Assembly (NCBI RefSeq): GCF_963853765.1
Contig: NC_088860.1
Coordinates: forward strand, 48,298,001 to 48,362,000
Length of the DNA stretch: 64,000 nt
Source: Magallana gigas
Lineage: Eukaryota
Direction: 5' to 3'
Shown: positions 25,942-38,185 of the stretch, piece after piece
How the letters are laid out: each line of letters opens with the position of its first letter
Position numbering within the stretch: position 1 is the first letter of the stretch
Program-made: the position numbers and the translations under genes
Notes under the pieces: model-generated
Seen by the model: the letters and a program-made list of their open reading frames with translations, nothing else
Databases searched by the model: none
What the model was told of the DNA's origin: nothing

Positions 25942-27602
25942 TTAACAAATTGGGCGGGAAAAAACAAGTTTATATATGTTTGATTTTTTTAATACACCGG
26001 CAAAACATGAAGTCGGTAAATTACCGAAACTTATAGGACATCAGTATTATTTTTACTTTTATTAACTAACCATAGCACAGCTAGCACAGTAATCTGTTAT
26101 AAGTTGTTATAACATTTAGTAATTTGTTGTAGGGTTATTGAGTGTTTAACTTCGTATAAAAAAAATACTACTATGTTATAACAAATTTGATAAGTTTTGT
26201 ATATCTCAATAGCCTAGTATAGTATTATATAGTTAGTATATACGTCCCTGATAATATCTGGTAATAAATTATCTGTAATACAATATATATACATCCTTGA
26301 TTCTATCCACCAATGATGGCAAGTATAACGGTGGATATTAAGATCTGATTAAGATTTTGTAAGATTAACACTGATTAACGGTAGTCATTTTATCTTGATA
26401 ATCTTAATATAAACCCATATTCAAGGTCCCCTATCCCACTCTTTCTCGCAGCAGACATTTTTCTTTTTACAAAATAAAAAAATGAAGCCCCCCCCCCATT
26501 TTTTTTATTTTAGAAGCAAGTATGACTAATGGAAGTGAAAATAAGAAAACAGTGAACAGTGAAATCGAAGCTAAGGGAATTAATAGCAGCCCCCTCCCAT
26601 CAGCCCACTGAGGATCTGTGCGAATTATTACCGAGCGCAGCGAGAGGCGGGCGAAGCCCGCCTCGCGAAGCGAGGATTAATGGTAACACGTATATATAAG
26701 AAAATCAGTGAAAAATGAAAGTTGAATCAGGGGTACTAAGGCCAAAAAAAATTTCTTCCAGCCCTGGGCGCCGCCATATTGGCAGCCATTTTGTTTTTAA
26801 AAAGTTAGTTCGATCATTGATTGACTGGCACTTATCGATGTTTATTGCCCCTAAATTCGATTAAATAAGTTCCAGTGTTTCAATAGAAGGTAATTTGAAT
26901 TAAAAGAAATTAAAAAGGAAACCAGATAAGTTTTAATAGCGCTTCAATTATGAAACACGACTTGTTCTATGTATGTCTTATCAAAATATCAGATGGAAAA
27001 TAAAAACATTAACGTCAAGGAACTGATCTTTTTGATACTGAATAAAGTATTCAATTTTATTACATTGGCATTCATATGAATTAAATTGATGAACAATAAA
27101 AGAAGAAATTTAAAAAAATCGGAATCGCGTAACTCTCTTCGGTTATTTCCGAAGACAAAACTTGAACGTTATACGTCTGAAATATGACGTCATAATGTAG
27201 ACTGAGCACGCGACGTTTAGTTTAACTTTGACGAATGATTTGAGTAGGCAACCATGCTAGCGGATCCTACTTTTTGCGTTTTAAATAGATTTTATCTGCA
27301 CTGTGTTAAATCTGCGCTCGGTCCAACGGTCACACCGTTTACATATTAACCTTGGATATAGCAAGGATGTCAAAGAAAAAATGATCATAAGGACCTCCAG
27401 TCACGACCGTACTTTCATTATAAAAGAACACGTGTTCATAATATTGAAATTTGAATAAACATGTTTCATATTTTCATAAAAATAATTTTTCAAATACATT
27501 TTAATTCAGTAAGTAGTTACGACAATGTACGTATGTACACGACTACCCACAAATTAGTGTCAAATGAGGTCATGAATGAATTTTTCTAGGTTAGTTTTCG
27601 TG

Positions 27603-27610
27603 TGACGTCA
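27603..27610. promoter_or_regulatory. Full CRE palindrome TGACGTCA in the TSC22 long-isoform promoter region
   Basis: GTGACGTCAC lies ~230 bp upstream of the ATG in a CpG-containing stretch. A second TGACGTCA is at 27185-27192. Function not shown. Confidence 0.45.
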
Positions 27611-27836
27611 CTTCCCATCATTCGTAGCTGCTCATGGCCGCCGTCGTTGAAGAAGGTGAGGTGTAGACATACAACTTGTTTTATGTGATAAGAATCGGGG
27701 AGTTATACTTATGGATTCAAAACAATTTTCGTGACAAATATAACAATGGAAAAATTATATCAGAGACTGTGTCTGTCATGGGGTACTCAATTTAACGAGA
27801 GAGAACTGTCTTTTGCACGGGTTTGAAGTCTGAAAA

Positions 27837-29293
27837 ATGGCATCCAATTCTGATAAAATGGCCGTGACAGTGGATAACCATACGAATACTCCAGTTAACG
27901 AGCACACTGAGACCGACGTTAAAGTAGTGGTGGCTACAAGTAAGGTTGTCTCGGACGGAGTTCACAAAAAGAAGACATTTAAGATCACAAGTATCACCAA
28001 GAACCGAGGTGGAAGTAGCGAGGCCCCGATTGGGGAACTGGATGGGGACTCGTTAGAGGATTTGGATGAGACCGTGGAGAGTCACACGGAGGACGCGAGT
28101 TCTGAAATTCTGGATGGGTCAAAGTATGAGGATGTGGGGGAACAGAGTCCCCTAGAGGACAATAATTTCTCAACAGAAGCTGAGCTTGAGGCAGGGAAAG
28201 AGCCCAAGGAGCACACTGTCACAAGGTTTAAGGTTGTCAAGGTAGAGACCAAGGAACCGTTTCGCAGGGGGCGATGGACGTGTCGTGACTCTCTGGACAC
28301 CCCCGCCGTGTCCGAAGGAAGCGACACAAAAATCAGTTTTAAGGACAAGGAGAAAACCAATTCTGGCAACTCGAGTGCGTGCAGTTCTGTTCACTATGAT
28401 TATGGTCAGGACGACCCTTCCAAAAATCCACTACATACTGGTCACACGTTGAATCAAGTGAACGATCAGTTGAATGAAGTGCTACAGAATCAACCCACTG
28501 GACTAGTTATGAATCAGAATCCCGTCAATGTCCACATGACACAGACGGGTCAGTTAGTTTGGAGCGACGGTACGCAAATGCCGCAGTCGTCGATTAATCT
28601 CGCTCACTCGTACGGGATGCATCCGAATCCCTCCAATCCCAACATGAATCAGATGCACAAACTTTTATATGGTGTACCAACAATGAGTGATCAAGCAACT
28701 TTGCAATCCTATATAAATGCCATGAACATAAGTGTTACAGGGGCCTCCAACTTTGCCCCTACAAACCAGTCGGTGGTGAGTGTAAGTCAGGGTCCCGCTC
28801 AGCAACAGTCAGTGTCAGTACAAGCCATACAGAATGGACACCATGGGCACATACACAATTCTAATGCCCCTGTGATAACCTCCCTTCCAAACAGCATTAA
28901 TGTCTCTGCCGGTGGTGACAAAGACTATACTCAACAACCGACAAACATTCACCCACAGACTTCTCTGAACCCCAGTAATGATGTATACAGTGTTCCCCAA
29001 ATAGCGCCCACGAGTCAAATTCATTCCCCCGGGGAATACCAGGAGGTCAAAGTGTCTGAAAGTCCAAATGTAGTACCCAGTAATTTACCCATCAACATGT
29101 CAGCTAGTCAGTCTCAAACGGATCAAGTTGCCAAAGCCAGTGAAAACATATCAGAGGGCGTCCCCACAGACCCACAGAGCCAGAGGGAGGGTGAGGAGCT
29201 GGGGAACCCCTCCCTGACCCCAATATTGACCGAGTCTGCTGTGGCTGAAGCTGTAGGCAGCATTGCTAGTCCAACGAAAGAAGACGCAGAGAG
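27837..29293 (+). CDS. TSC22D1: TSC22 domain family / bunched, long-isoform first coding exon
   Basis: 1457-nt ORF with the two conserved long-isoform motifs (KKKTFKITSI; TRFKVVKVETKEPFRRGRWTC). Ends AG|GTGAGT (phase 2). The paralog number is nominal; this is probably the single invertebrate TSC22D/bun gene. Confidence 0.92.
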
Positions 29294-32200
29294 GTGAGTC
29301 ACCTTTGATTTTACATAGGTGTACACAAACCCTGGCATGTGTGGGGTTTTTTTGGGAGGGGGGGGAGGTCAGTGGCAAGTGCTTGGACCACCTTTAATAA
29401 ATTATCTGTCCTCAGACATGTGATTTGATGTGTTAATCTAAGTTTTGTAAATAATTTGAAAGCTTATCTTATTAAATAAAAAAAGTGGTATGCAAAAATC
29501 TGTATTTATTTTGAAAAATGAAAAAAAAAAAAAGTTAATGAGAATATCTTTAGTAGGGTACTTCTCGTCAAGTGGTCGAAGACGGACAATTCTTCAAAGG
29601 TGGTGCCTTAAAGCATCTGTTGTAGACTACAGCAAGGAGCCACTGACCTTAAATTAATGCCATAAGAAGTCATTTAGATTATTTGACAAATTATAATGTA
29701 TTATGTTTTGAATGTATGCTCTATCTATCCAATAAGTTGAGTATAAGCAGCAGGAATGTCACCAACCAGTGAAGTAGTGTACTGGGGTTGTGTATGTTGT
29801 TTATGTTTGCTTGTTTACCATGGTTGTTGATGGAGTAGACCAGTAACAGGATAGGTGGTCACATACAGGATGCCCTGAGTTCACACACGCTGTAGGACTC
29901 AGTGGTCATTGATAAGAAAGTGCAGGCTGGGAGCTACCGAGTCTAACGTCAGTAGTGTATTGGTGTCAGTCACCATGTTCAGATCTCAACAGGTCATAGC
30001 ACAGGATTACTGAGGCTTTATTAACTACATCTAATTTGTTATTAACATTAACAATATAAAGAGATATTCAAAAAATGAAGTAAATTGTAAATATTGTTTA
30101 TGTAAAATCCCGAGGATGGGGATAGGGTAAGGGGGGTGGGGCGGTGGTGTGGGGTGGGATGTTGTCTGTATAATAGTCTGTAGATAAGTGGTGGTCTCGA
30201 ACATGACAACTATACAGAATTTGCTCCTTCTATTTCAAATATTGTACAATTGAATGCATTGCTGTACATAATAAATGAATACATCGGACATGTTGGATAA
30301 GAAAATTATTTAACATTAATAATACATATTCACCAATGGAGAATTTCAAATGATGTAACAAAACATTAACACATGTTAGTGATGTTACATGTATTTCCTA
30401 GTGGCCTTTGAGTTGACTTGTTATAGTATAACCTCGGTAACATTGGTAACATTGTTGTTTTCTGTCCACCTGTCTGTCTGTGACTCCGTCTAACAGCAAA
30501 GAGTGTCCATTCGCATGCGTTCCAGCAACAATTATATATGCAATTTCAGAATAGCAATTTGATTCTTTAAATTAAGGTTATCAAGTTTTATGTTTTTTTT
30601 CTTTGCTAGAGGCAGTATTAAGTGAAAACAACTGCCAATTCCAAACCTATGTTCATAAAATCAAAATGCTTGATTTTGAACACTGGCAAAGTATCAATGC
30701 ATAGGAACTTGTTTGAGTTCTGAACTTTCATACAGCAAACATGGTAATAGAGTATGTGTTGTAGTTTGTGTTTCTGTTCATTGTCCATCTATGGAACCTT
30801 CACCCTACAGGGTTTGAGTCCTTTCTATTTCCACAGTCCTGTGGCTTGCGACAATGATATGGGGTAGTGATGGTCATTCGTGGAAGAGCAGGTCATTTTC
30901 ATTGGTTGTTCATGGACCTGTTCGTACATTATCTTGCATCTACCGCATTGTACGTTTACTCTGAACCTTACCAAGCTTAAACTGATATTAGGGGTGGATG
31001 ACTTCCAAGAATAATCTCCCAAGTGAAATTTCCTACAAAATATCAACAACTAAATTTTTGAGCTTGTTTTGGAGTAATGTAATATAAGAATTCAGTCATC
31101 ATGCAAATGTGATGTAGATTTTCTCCATATAGATGAGCACACCACTTATCTATAATTAGATCTGACTCAATAAATGATTGTGGTGTTGTTTGAGATGAGC
31201 AGGATGGGGGGGGGGTGTCGTAAAATACTTTCAGATAGCAATTGCAGAATCTTTGTCTGTATTTGATTATCTACAACTTAAAATTAATTAATTTAACTCT
31301 GAAGAAAGGATACATATATTTTCATGTATTTAATGGATTTGATGCTTAAAAGTTTGTGTTTTCCAATTTTGAATTGTGTGTATTTTACATATAAATCAAA
31401 GATAATTCAAGCTTATTGCTATATGTAAAGTCCATGGTTTGTGAAGTGAAATTTTACCAGCAGAATGATTCCCCGTCCGTTGATACGGTCTGTTGATTTA
31501 GGCCTGTCTCTTACACACAGAGTGTTCATGGTAAAAAGATCCACTGTTCTGTGGACAGGGACCGGTGGTTCTGACCTATTTTGATTCAAAATCAAAACGC
31601 TACATTCCTTTAACCACCAAGACGGGGAGTTTAAAATGCCAGGATTTTTTTCCCCCTTGTGTTTGGCCTCCTAAGCAGCGGTAGGTTTGACCTATATGAA
31701 TATCTACACAATAGCCAAGTCTTGTTTGCATGGGTTTTTTGCATGCTGCCCTTAAACAAGAGTACAACGGGGTCAGGTCAGGTGAACCACTGTAACTGGA
31801 ATTGACACTTAGAATTCCAAACCAGTGCCTGATTGGGTCTGATATTGATTACAATAGTATTGGTTTGTGATTTAGAGCCACTGGAACCTGTACTGCTGAA
31901 ACTAGTCGTAGGAACTGGTGTTGGCCATAGCATTGACTTGTAGTACCAAGTTGCTGGCACTGGTTGTAATTAATTGTTGGGGGATTTCTCTCAGTTTGTC
32001 ACTGACCTAACCTACATTGATTCTTAGTGGAGGGGGGACCCCTGGTAATCTGAATGGGGTTGACCAACTGTACAAAAATTTTGACCTGTTTCTATTCGCA
32101 TGGAAAATGATCTTTTATTGGACATTTACTCCATTTAATAAGAATGGCATAGTATAGTTCACAGTTCATAATATCACCCCCCTAAATTCAATTTCAGCCA

Positions 32201-33686
32201 GGTGGCCTCAGCCCTCTGCCTCCTCTCCCCCCCCCCCCCCCCCCCCCTCCCACAGCAGGGCTCTGACCCCTGGATGATTTTCCAAATCAGTCCAGAGAAG
32301 GTAGTTTTCCCCAAAACCTAGATTAATTCCTGGCTCCATATTTCAAATATAAATCCGTTTAAGACTTTATTTTGTGCATGATAATATAGATTGCAGTTCT
32401 ACTTGCCAATGGTTTTAATTTGAAGAATTTCAAGATATTTAGGGAGCTTATGATGTTCACAATGTACCTGTATTTTGTAGTCTATGTTTGAAGTGAATAT
32501 GCATTATGATATGCTCTTCTGAACAGAAACCTCTCACATATATTCTACTTTACATTACAAGTTATGTCTTCTTCCTGCAGGTGATATATCAGAGTTTGCA
32601 TAATGTTATTGGTGCACCAGATTAGAAGTTCATAAAGAACTAATGTAATGTGGGGAAACATTTCTGGTGAGAGTAATGTATTGTAGCATTACTAGCATAT
32701 CCGTGATTCTTCATAAAGCTCTGATCAGCTGTAAAGTTGCGTAACTTCATGCGTTGCTATTTATGGGACCCCCACTAATAATAAAACAAAAAAAGACAGA
32801 CATGAATTCATTATAACAAGATGTAAAAGTGCAAGATTGATATATATTATATCAGAAACCAAGGTTTACAATTAAATATTTGTATACAGCAATTGCCAAT
32901 TATTTAGGACATAAATTAGCATCTCCTGCAAGCATGGGCTGATTCATCGTCTCCAAATCTGTGTCTCTACCATTTGTCTCTAAGTCATGTCTTACACATT
33001 CCGAGTCTCACGAGGTAGAGGTCTGTTATACAGTAACTGTTATTGTCCCCTTAGATATACATAGATACTGACACCATTCTTTGACAACAATTTAGATTCA
33101 TATATAAATCTTAGTTCCATGCAAAAATCCTGTAAATGCCTAATTCAACATGAGGAATTAATATTCGCATAAAATTGCAAGACGTACATCTTTAGGATTC
33201 TTAAATCTTGGTTTATTTTTTTAACAGATTTATTCTAAATGAGATTGTATGAAAAGTTTGGTGTTCTCGTGATTTAATCCCAGAATTAGGTACCTGTTCA
33301 AAATAAGGAATCTACGATACAGTTTTTCCGAAAAGGGAATTGTTTCCAAAGGGAACAAACATGAGTTTTTGTTTGAGGACCTGTAAATTATTGGTTGGTA
33401 GAAGTGGCAGAAGTATTAATGATTTTGAATAGACTGTAACCAACACAAGCTTTGAATGGTTATAAAACAAAATCTCTCTCTTTAAACATGACAGTTTAAG
33501 GCACATGTCATCACCGTTAAAAAAAAAAAAATGAGAGAAGACCTAGGTGTTTGTACTTGATAACTCGTTTTGTGTGTGGCACCTGACACAAACGATAAGT
33601 GTTCTGTGGTCTATACCTGGGTAAAACTGGGTCAGCCCGTGATAAATCTGAATCTGTCCCCCTAGTATTACAGGGACAGGGTGTAT

Positions 33687-33736
33687 ATGGTCATTGTCCC
33701 ACTGAGTCTTTTAGCCAATCAGGTTGGGCCCCAGGG
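33687..33736 (+). CDS. Weak candidate mini first coding exon (MVIVPLSLLANQVGPQG)
   Basis: ATG at 33687; ends CAG GG|GTGAGT, phase 2. Could be chance. Confidence 0.25.
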
Positions 33737-35399
33737 GTGAGTCAGTACTGGTTATGTTTATCTGCCTGACACAAGCAGCACACAAGGAGAGGACTGGTGT
33801 GCATGTATAAAGTAATACTTACCTAGACAATAACCACCACCCCCCCCCCCCCCCCCCCCCCCCACCCAGCCAGCTATGAAGGATTTATAGACAAAACGAT
33901 AAGTAGACTACCAGACCAAGTGTGTTCACCCCAATGCCGAATGGTCCCCATCGCTAAAGTGTTTCTTTACCAAATTGATTGACAGCAACAGAGCAACAGA
34001 ACCCCTTTTCCCGTCCACCCCTTTACCCTCCTAACACCCTCTCCCCCTCCCTGAGCTCCACCTGCCAACCAACTAATCAATCCCCCTCCCTGACCTCCTC
34101 TACCTCCCCCCCCCCCCCCCCCCCCCCCAACCTTCCTACCAACCAAACAACCCCCCTCCCTGAAGCCAACATCCTACCAACCAAGCTCCCACACACACAA
34201 GCACACTGGGTTTTGTCATTCTCCTCGCCCACCCAGTGCTGTGATATGGAGCTATGCGGTGAGGAATCTGGGGAAACAAGAGAGCTGTCTGTCAGTCTGT
34301 AATGTGTCTGCTACCGGTGGTTGAGTGGTGGGGAGCTGCTCTAAGATAAACAATAGGATCAAAGTTATGCTAATGATTATAATGGAGCAAAAAAGGAAGA
34401 ATTCCTATGAATCCTGTTGTCAGGAATACTTCAGCTCCCCTTTGTCGTTGTGGACAGGACTTCCTTAAAACTAAGATAAATTTATTTGTACCACTAGTCT
34501 ATCTTGGAGAAAGGAGTTCATGTCACAAGCTAAGATTAAACAGCTTTAAAACAGTGAGAGTTTTATGCATTTGAAAAACATTACATAGTATAGATTTTGT
34601 GGGCACATACATTAGGTGTCAGATTTCTTCCCTATTATTAAATCTATTTTTCTACCGCTTATAACTTCTGTTAACTACTGAATGCAGATTATTAACAAGA
34701 CCCTAACATCCTTAGTCAGTCTCGTAATCACTGCAAACATCAGTCAGTCTTTAACATCCCTAGTTAGTATCTACTACTACAATTATCTATCACTTATACT
34801 AACTAGTGATTAGTCAGATTCCTATTCCCCAAACTGGAATCCCAACTAGTCTAGTTGTGTCCTTACTCCTATAGAAGTCTCTCTATCACTACTTTTTCAG
34901 TAACAAACAATACAATAACAGGAAGGACTTGGTATCAAATTGTTCCATCTAATATCTGTCCCCTTCTGACTAGTGACCAGCCAGATATTAACTCCTTTAA
35001 TCATTCTCTACCACTTCATCTGTTCTCTACTGACATCTGACTAGTCTGATTTCAACTTCATTAGTCACTCTCTCTACCATTTTCTCTTCTGTCCCCTACT
35101 GACCAGTCAGATTTTATCTCCATTAGTCACTCTCTCTACCATCTTTTCTGTCACCAAAGCTGACTACTGCATAGTCAGATTTCTACTTCCCAACAACTGA
35201 GTTCTCTTAACACTAATTCTGTTTATACTACCTAAGTATGTCTTTTAAAACTACAAATTTATCTGCAGATGATTGACTATTCATATCCCAGTCCCTAGGC
35301 AATCTCTCTTACTACCACTTTGATTTCTTACTAACTAAAAATAGTCAGCTTCTTACTCCCCAAATTACTCTCTACTCCACCAGCCACATCCTTACTCTC

Positions 35400-35790
35400 A
35401 TGATAGGCTCTCTATCACCACTGCTTTTGTTGACTACTGACTAGAAGCCACTATTAGTCTCCCCACTTTACTCTCATAGACTCTCTATCACCACTGCTTT
35501 TGTTGACTACTGACTAGAAGCCACTAATAGTCTCCCCACTTTACTCTCATAGACTCTCTATCACCACTGCTTTTGTTGACTACTGACTAGACGCCACTAT
35601 TAGTCTCCCCCTTTACTCCTATGGACTTTTTATCACCACTACTTTTGCTGCCTACTGACTGAGACAGCTTTTAATTAACACCACCAATTAGTGTCCCCAC
35701 TTTACTGCTATAGACTCTCTATCACAGCTACTTTTGTTGTCTACTGACTTTTAATTAACACCACTAATTAGTCTCCCCACCTTACTCCCA
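35400..35790. repeat. ~73-bp degenerate tandem repeat (~5 units)
   Basis: CTCTCTATCACCACTGCTTTTGTTGACTACTGACTAG... starts at 35408, 35481 and 35554; later units diverge. Confidence 0.85.
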
Positions 35791-36751
35791 TAGTCTGTCT
35801 AATCCTTACTCCTTCAGTTACAAACAAACAATGAACAGGAAGGACTTGGTATCAAACTGTTCCTGTTACAAACAACAGAAGCGGTGACCAAGTAACCGAG
35901 ATATTTACTGGGACAGGAAGTGGTAGCCGGGCCAAGTCAGATAACCCTTTTTTCAGCAAGGTTGAATGGTGGCGGTTGTTTTTGTAGAATTTTCAAACTA
36001 AACCATTTGTCATTTTCTTTTACTGTGTAAGTGTTTATAGCTTGAAAAATTGTATTTTAAATTTTAACCAGATCTGATGGTTAATTTGTTGTCTATCTGC
36101 TCCTTAAGATGCTGTTGGTTTTAGAAACTTTTCCGCGTTGTTTTTGTTGTTGTCTGATTTTGTTCTAGGACTAAAACACCACCAATTATAATGAGTTCAT
36201 ACACCCCATACACCTTGTTTAGTTGACTATTTGTCGAAAGAAGGTCATTGATATATCATTGTGCAAAAAGTGAACATGTAAAGTTTTACAGATCAAAATC
36301 AATTCAAGGTATATTTCAAATACAAAATTACACAACAAGTGAAATAATCTGCACCTTTAAGAAATGTTTGGGATTGGGTTGGGATTGGGGAATGATAGTT
36401 TATGAATGAACATAGTCAATAAGAAACGCTTGACACGAGATATATTTCCTTGATGAGTATCTCTCCTGATATGGCTAGCAACATTGAAATTTACTCATTT
36501 CACCAAACCCTATTTATGTTGGTATTCATGCTTGTCTAATTAGGGGAATGAGCCATTCATGTAGGACCCATGTATTATATACCTGATAGAAGTTACTACT
36601 GGGCAATAGATACTCGACCTGGCAGTATTCATTGTGGACCCAGTATGTTCATTACATGAGGGGGTAGCTTTTTGGTTGACTATACTTTAGTTTATGTAAG
36701 ACCCAGTCTACATGATAGAAGAAGTTACTATTGGATGATACTAATAGATAA

Positions 36752-36962
36752 TACTGTAAAAGTATTATATTTGGCGTGTGCGATATTTTGCGGAAATTGG
36801 TTTTTGAACAAGTTGGCGTAGATTTGAATTAGCGTATTCTTGAATGCGACTATTCTTATACATACATGCATGGCATTTAGCGATGTACTTGATTTAGCGG
36901 AATTTGCATTACGCCAAAAGCACTAAATAAAATACACCACGAAATGTAGTACGTTTACAGTA
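36752..36962. mobile_element. MITE with TACTGTAAA/TTTACAGTA ends
   Basis: Inverted termini plus subterminal TTTGGCGT / ACGCCAAA motifs; same terminal class as 3492-3713. Confidence 0.6.
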
Positions 36963-36971
36963 CTCTGGTTC

Positions 36972-38082
36972 ATGGAACTCCCAGTAAACAAGATACCAAT
37001 ACAGGGTAGGGGGGGTTACTATGTATATGGCATTAATGGAACTCCCAGTAAACAAGATACCAATACAGGGTAGGGGGGGTTACTATGTATATGGCATTAA
37101 TGGAACTCCCAGTAAACAAGATACCAATACATGGTGGGGGGAGTTACTATGTATATGGCATTAATGGAACTCCCAGTAAACAAGATACCAATACAGGGTA
37201 GGGGGGGGGGTTACTATGTATATGGCATTAATGGAACTCCCAGTAAACAAGATACCAATACAGGGTAGGGGGGGGGGGTTACTATGTATATGACATGAAT
37301 GGAACTCCCAGTAAACAAGATACCAATACAGGGTAGGGGGTCATTATGTATATGGCATCAATGGAACTTCCAGTAAACAAGATACCAATACAGGGTAGGG
37401 GGAGTTACTATGTATATGGCATTAATGGAACTCACAATAAACAAGATACCAATACAGGGTAGGGGGGGGGGGGTTACTATGTATATGGCATTAATGGAAC
37501 TCCCAATAAACAAGATACCAATACAGGGTAGGGGGGTTACTATGTATATGGCATTAATGGAACTCACAGTAAACAAGATACCAATACAGGGTAGGGGGTT
37601 ATTATGTATATGGCATTAATGGAACTCCCAATAAACAAGATACCAATACAGGGTAGGGGGGTTACTATGTATATGGCATTAATGGAACTCACAGTAAACA
37701 AGATACCAATACAGGGTAGGGGGGTTACTATGTATATGGCATTAATGGAACTCACAGTAAACAAGATACCAATACAGGGTAGGGGGGTTACTATGTATAT
37801 GGCATTAATGGAACTCACAGTAAACAAGATACCAATACAGGGTAGGGGGGTTACTATGTATATGGCATTAATGGAACTCACAGTAAACAAGATACCAATA
37901 CAGGGTAGGGGGGGTTACTATGTATATGACATGAATGGAACTCCCAATAAACAAGATACCAATACAGGGTAGGGGGTTACTATGTATATGGCATTAATGG
38001 AACTCACAGTAAACAAGATACCAATACAGGGTAGGGGGGGTTACTATGTATATGACATGAATGGAACTCCCATTAAACAAGG
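36972..38082. repeat. ~63-bp minisatellite (~17 units) with variable G-run
   Basis: Unit ATGGAACTC(C/A)CAGTAAACAAGATACCAATACAGGGTAG(G)nTTACTATGTATATGGCATTA. Confidence 0.97.
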
Positions 38083-38084
38083 TA

Positions 38085-38185
38085 CCTGGTAGGGGCAGTG
38101 ACTATACATGGTGTTTTAGGTAGGGCCAGTAACTATACATGGTAGGGGCAGTAACTATACATGGTAGGGGCAGTAACTATACATG
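38085..38185. repeat. Short ~22-bp repeat (GGTAGGGGCAGTAACTATACAT x4)
   Basis: Directly follows the 63-bp array and shares its GGTAGGGG/ACTAT core. Confidence 0.8.

Noticed and set aside
27185-27192. Second CRE as a dedicated promoter element
   Set aside because: It lies in TATGACGTCATAAT context that looks like a repeat remnant; not separately supportable.
28082-29378. Antisense ORFs over TSC22 exon 1 (also 41711-42054 and 62324-62704)
   Set aside because: Shadow frames of genuine coding exons.
37358-37972. Repetitive ORFs (MYMALMELTVNKIPIQGRGVT)n
   Set aside because: Frame stays open only because the unit is 63 bp; G-run length changes break it; no splice or start context.
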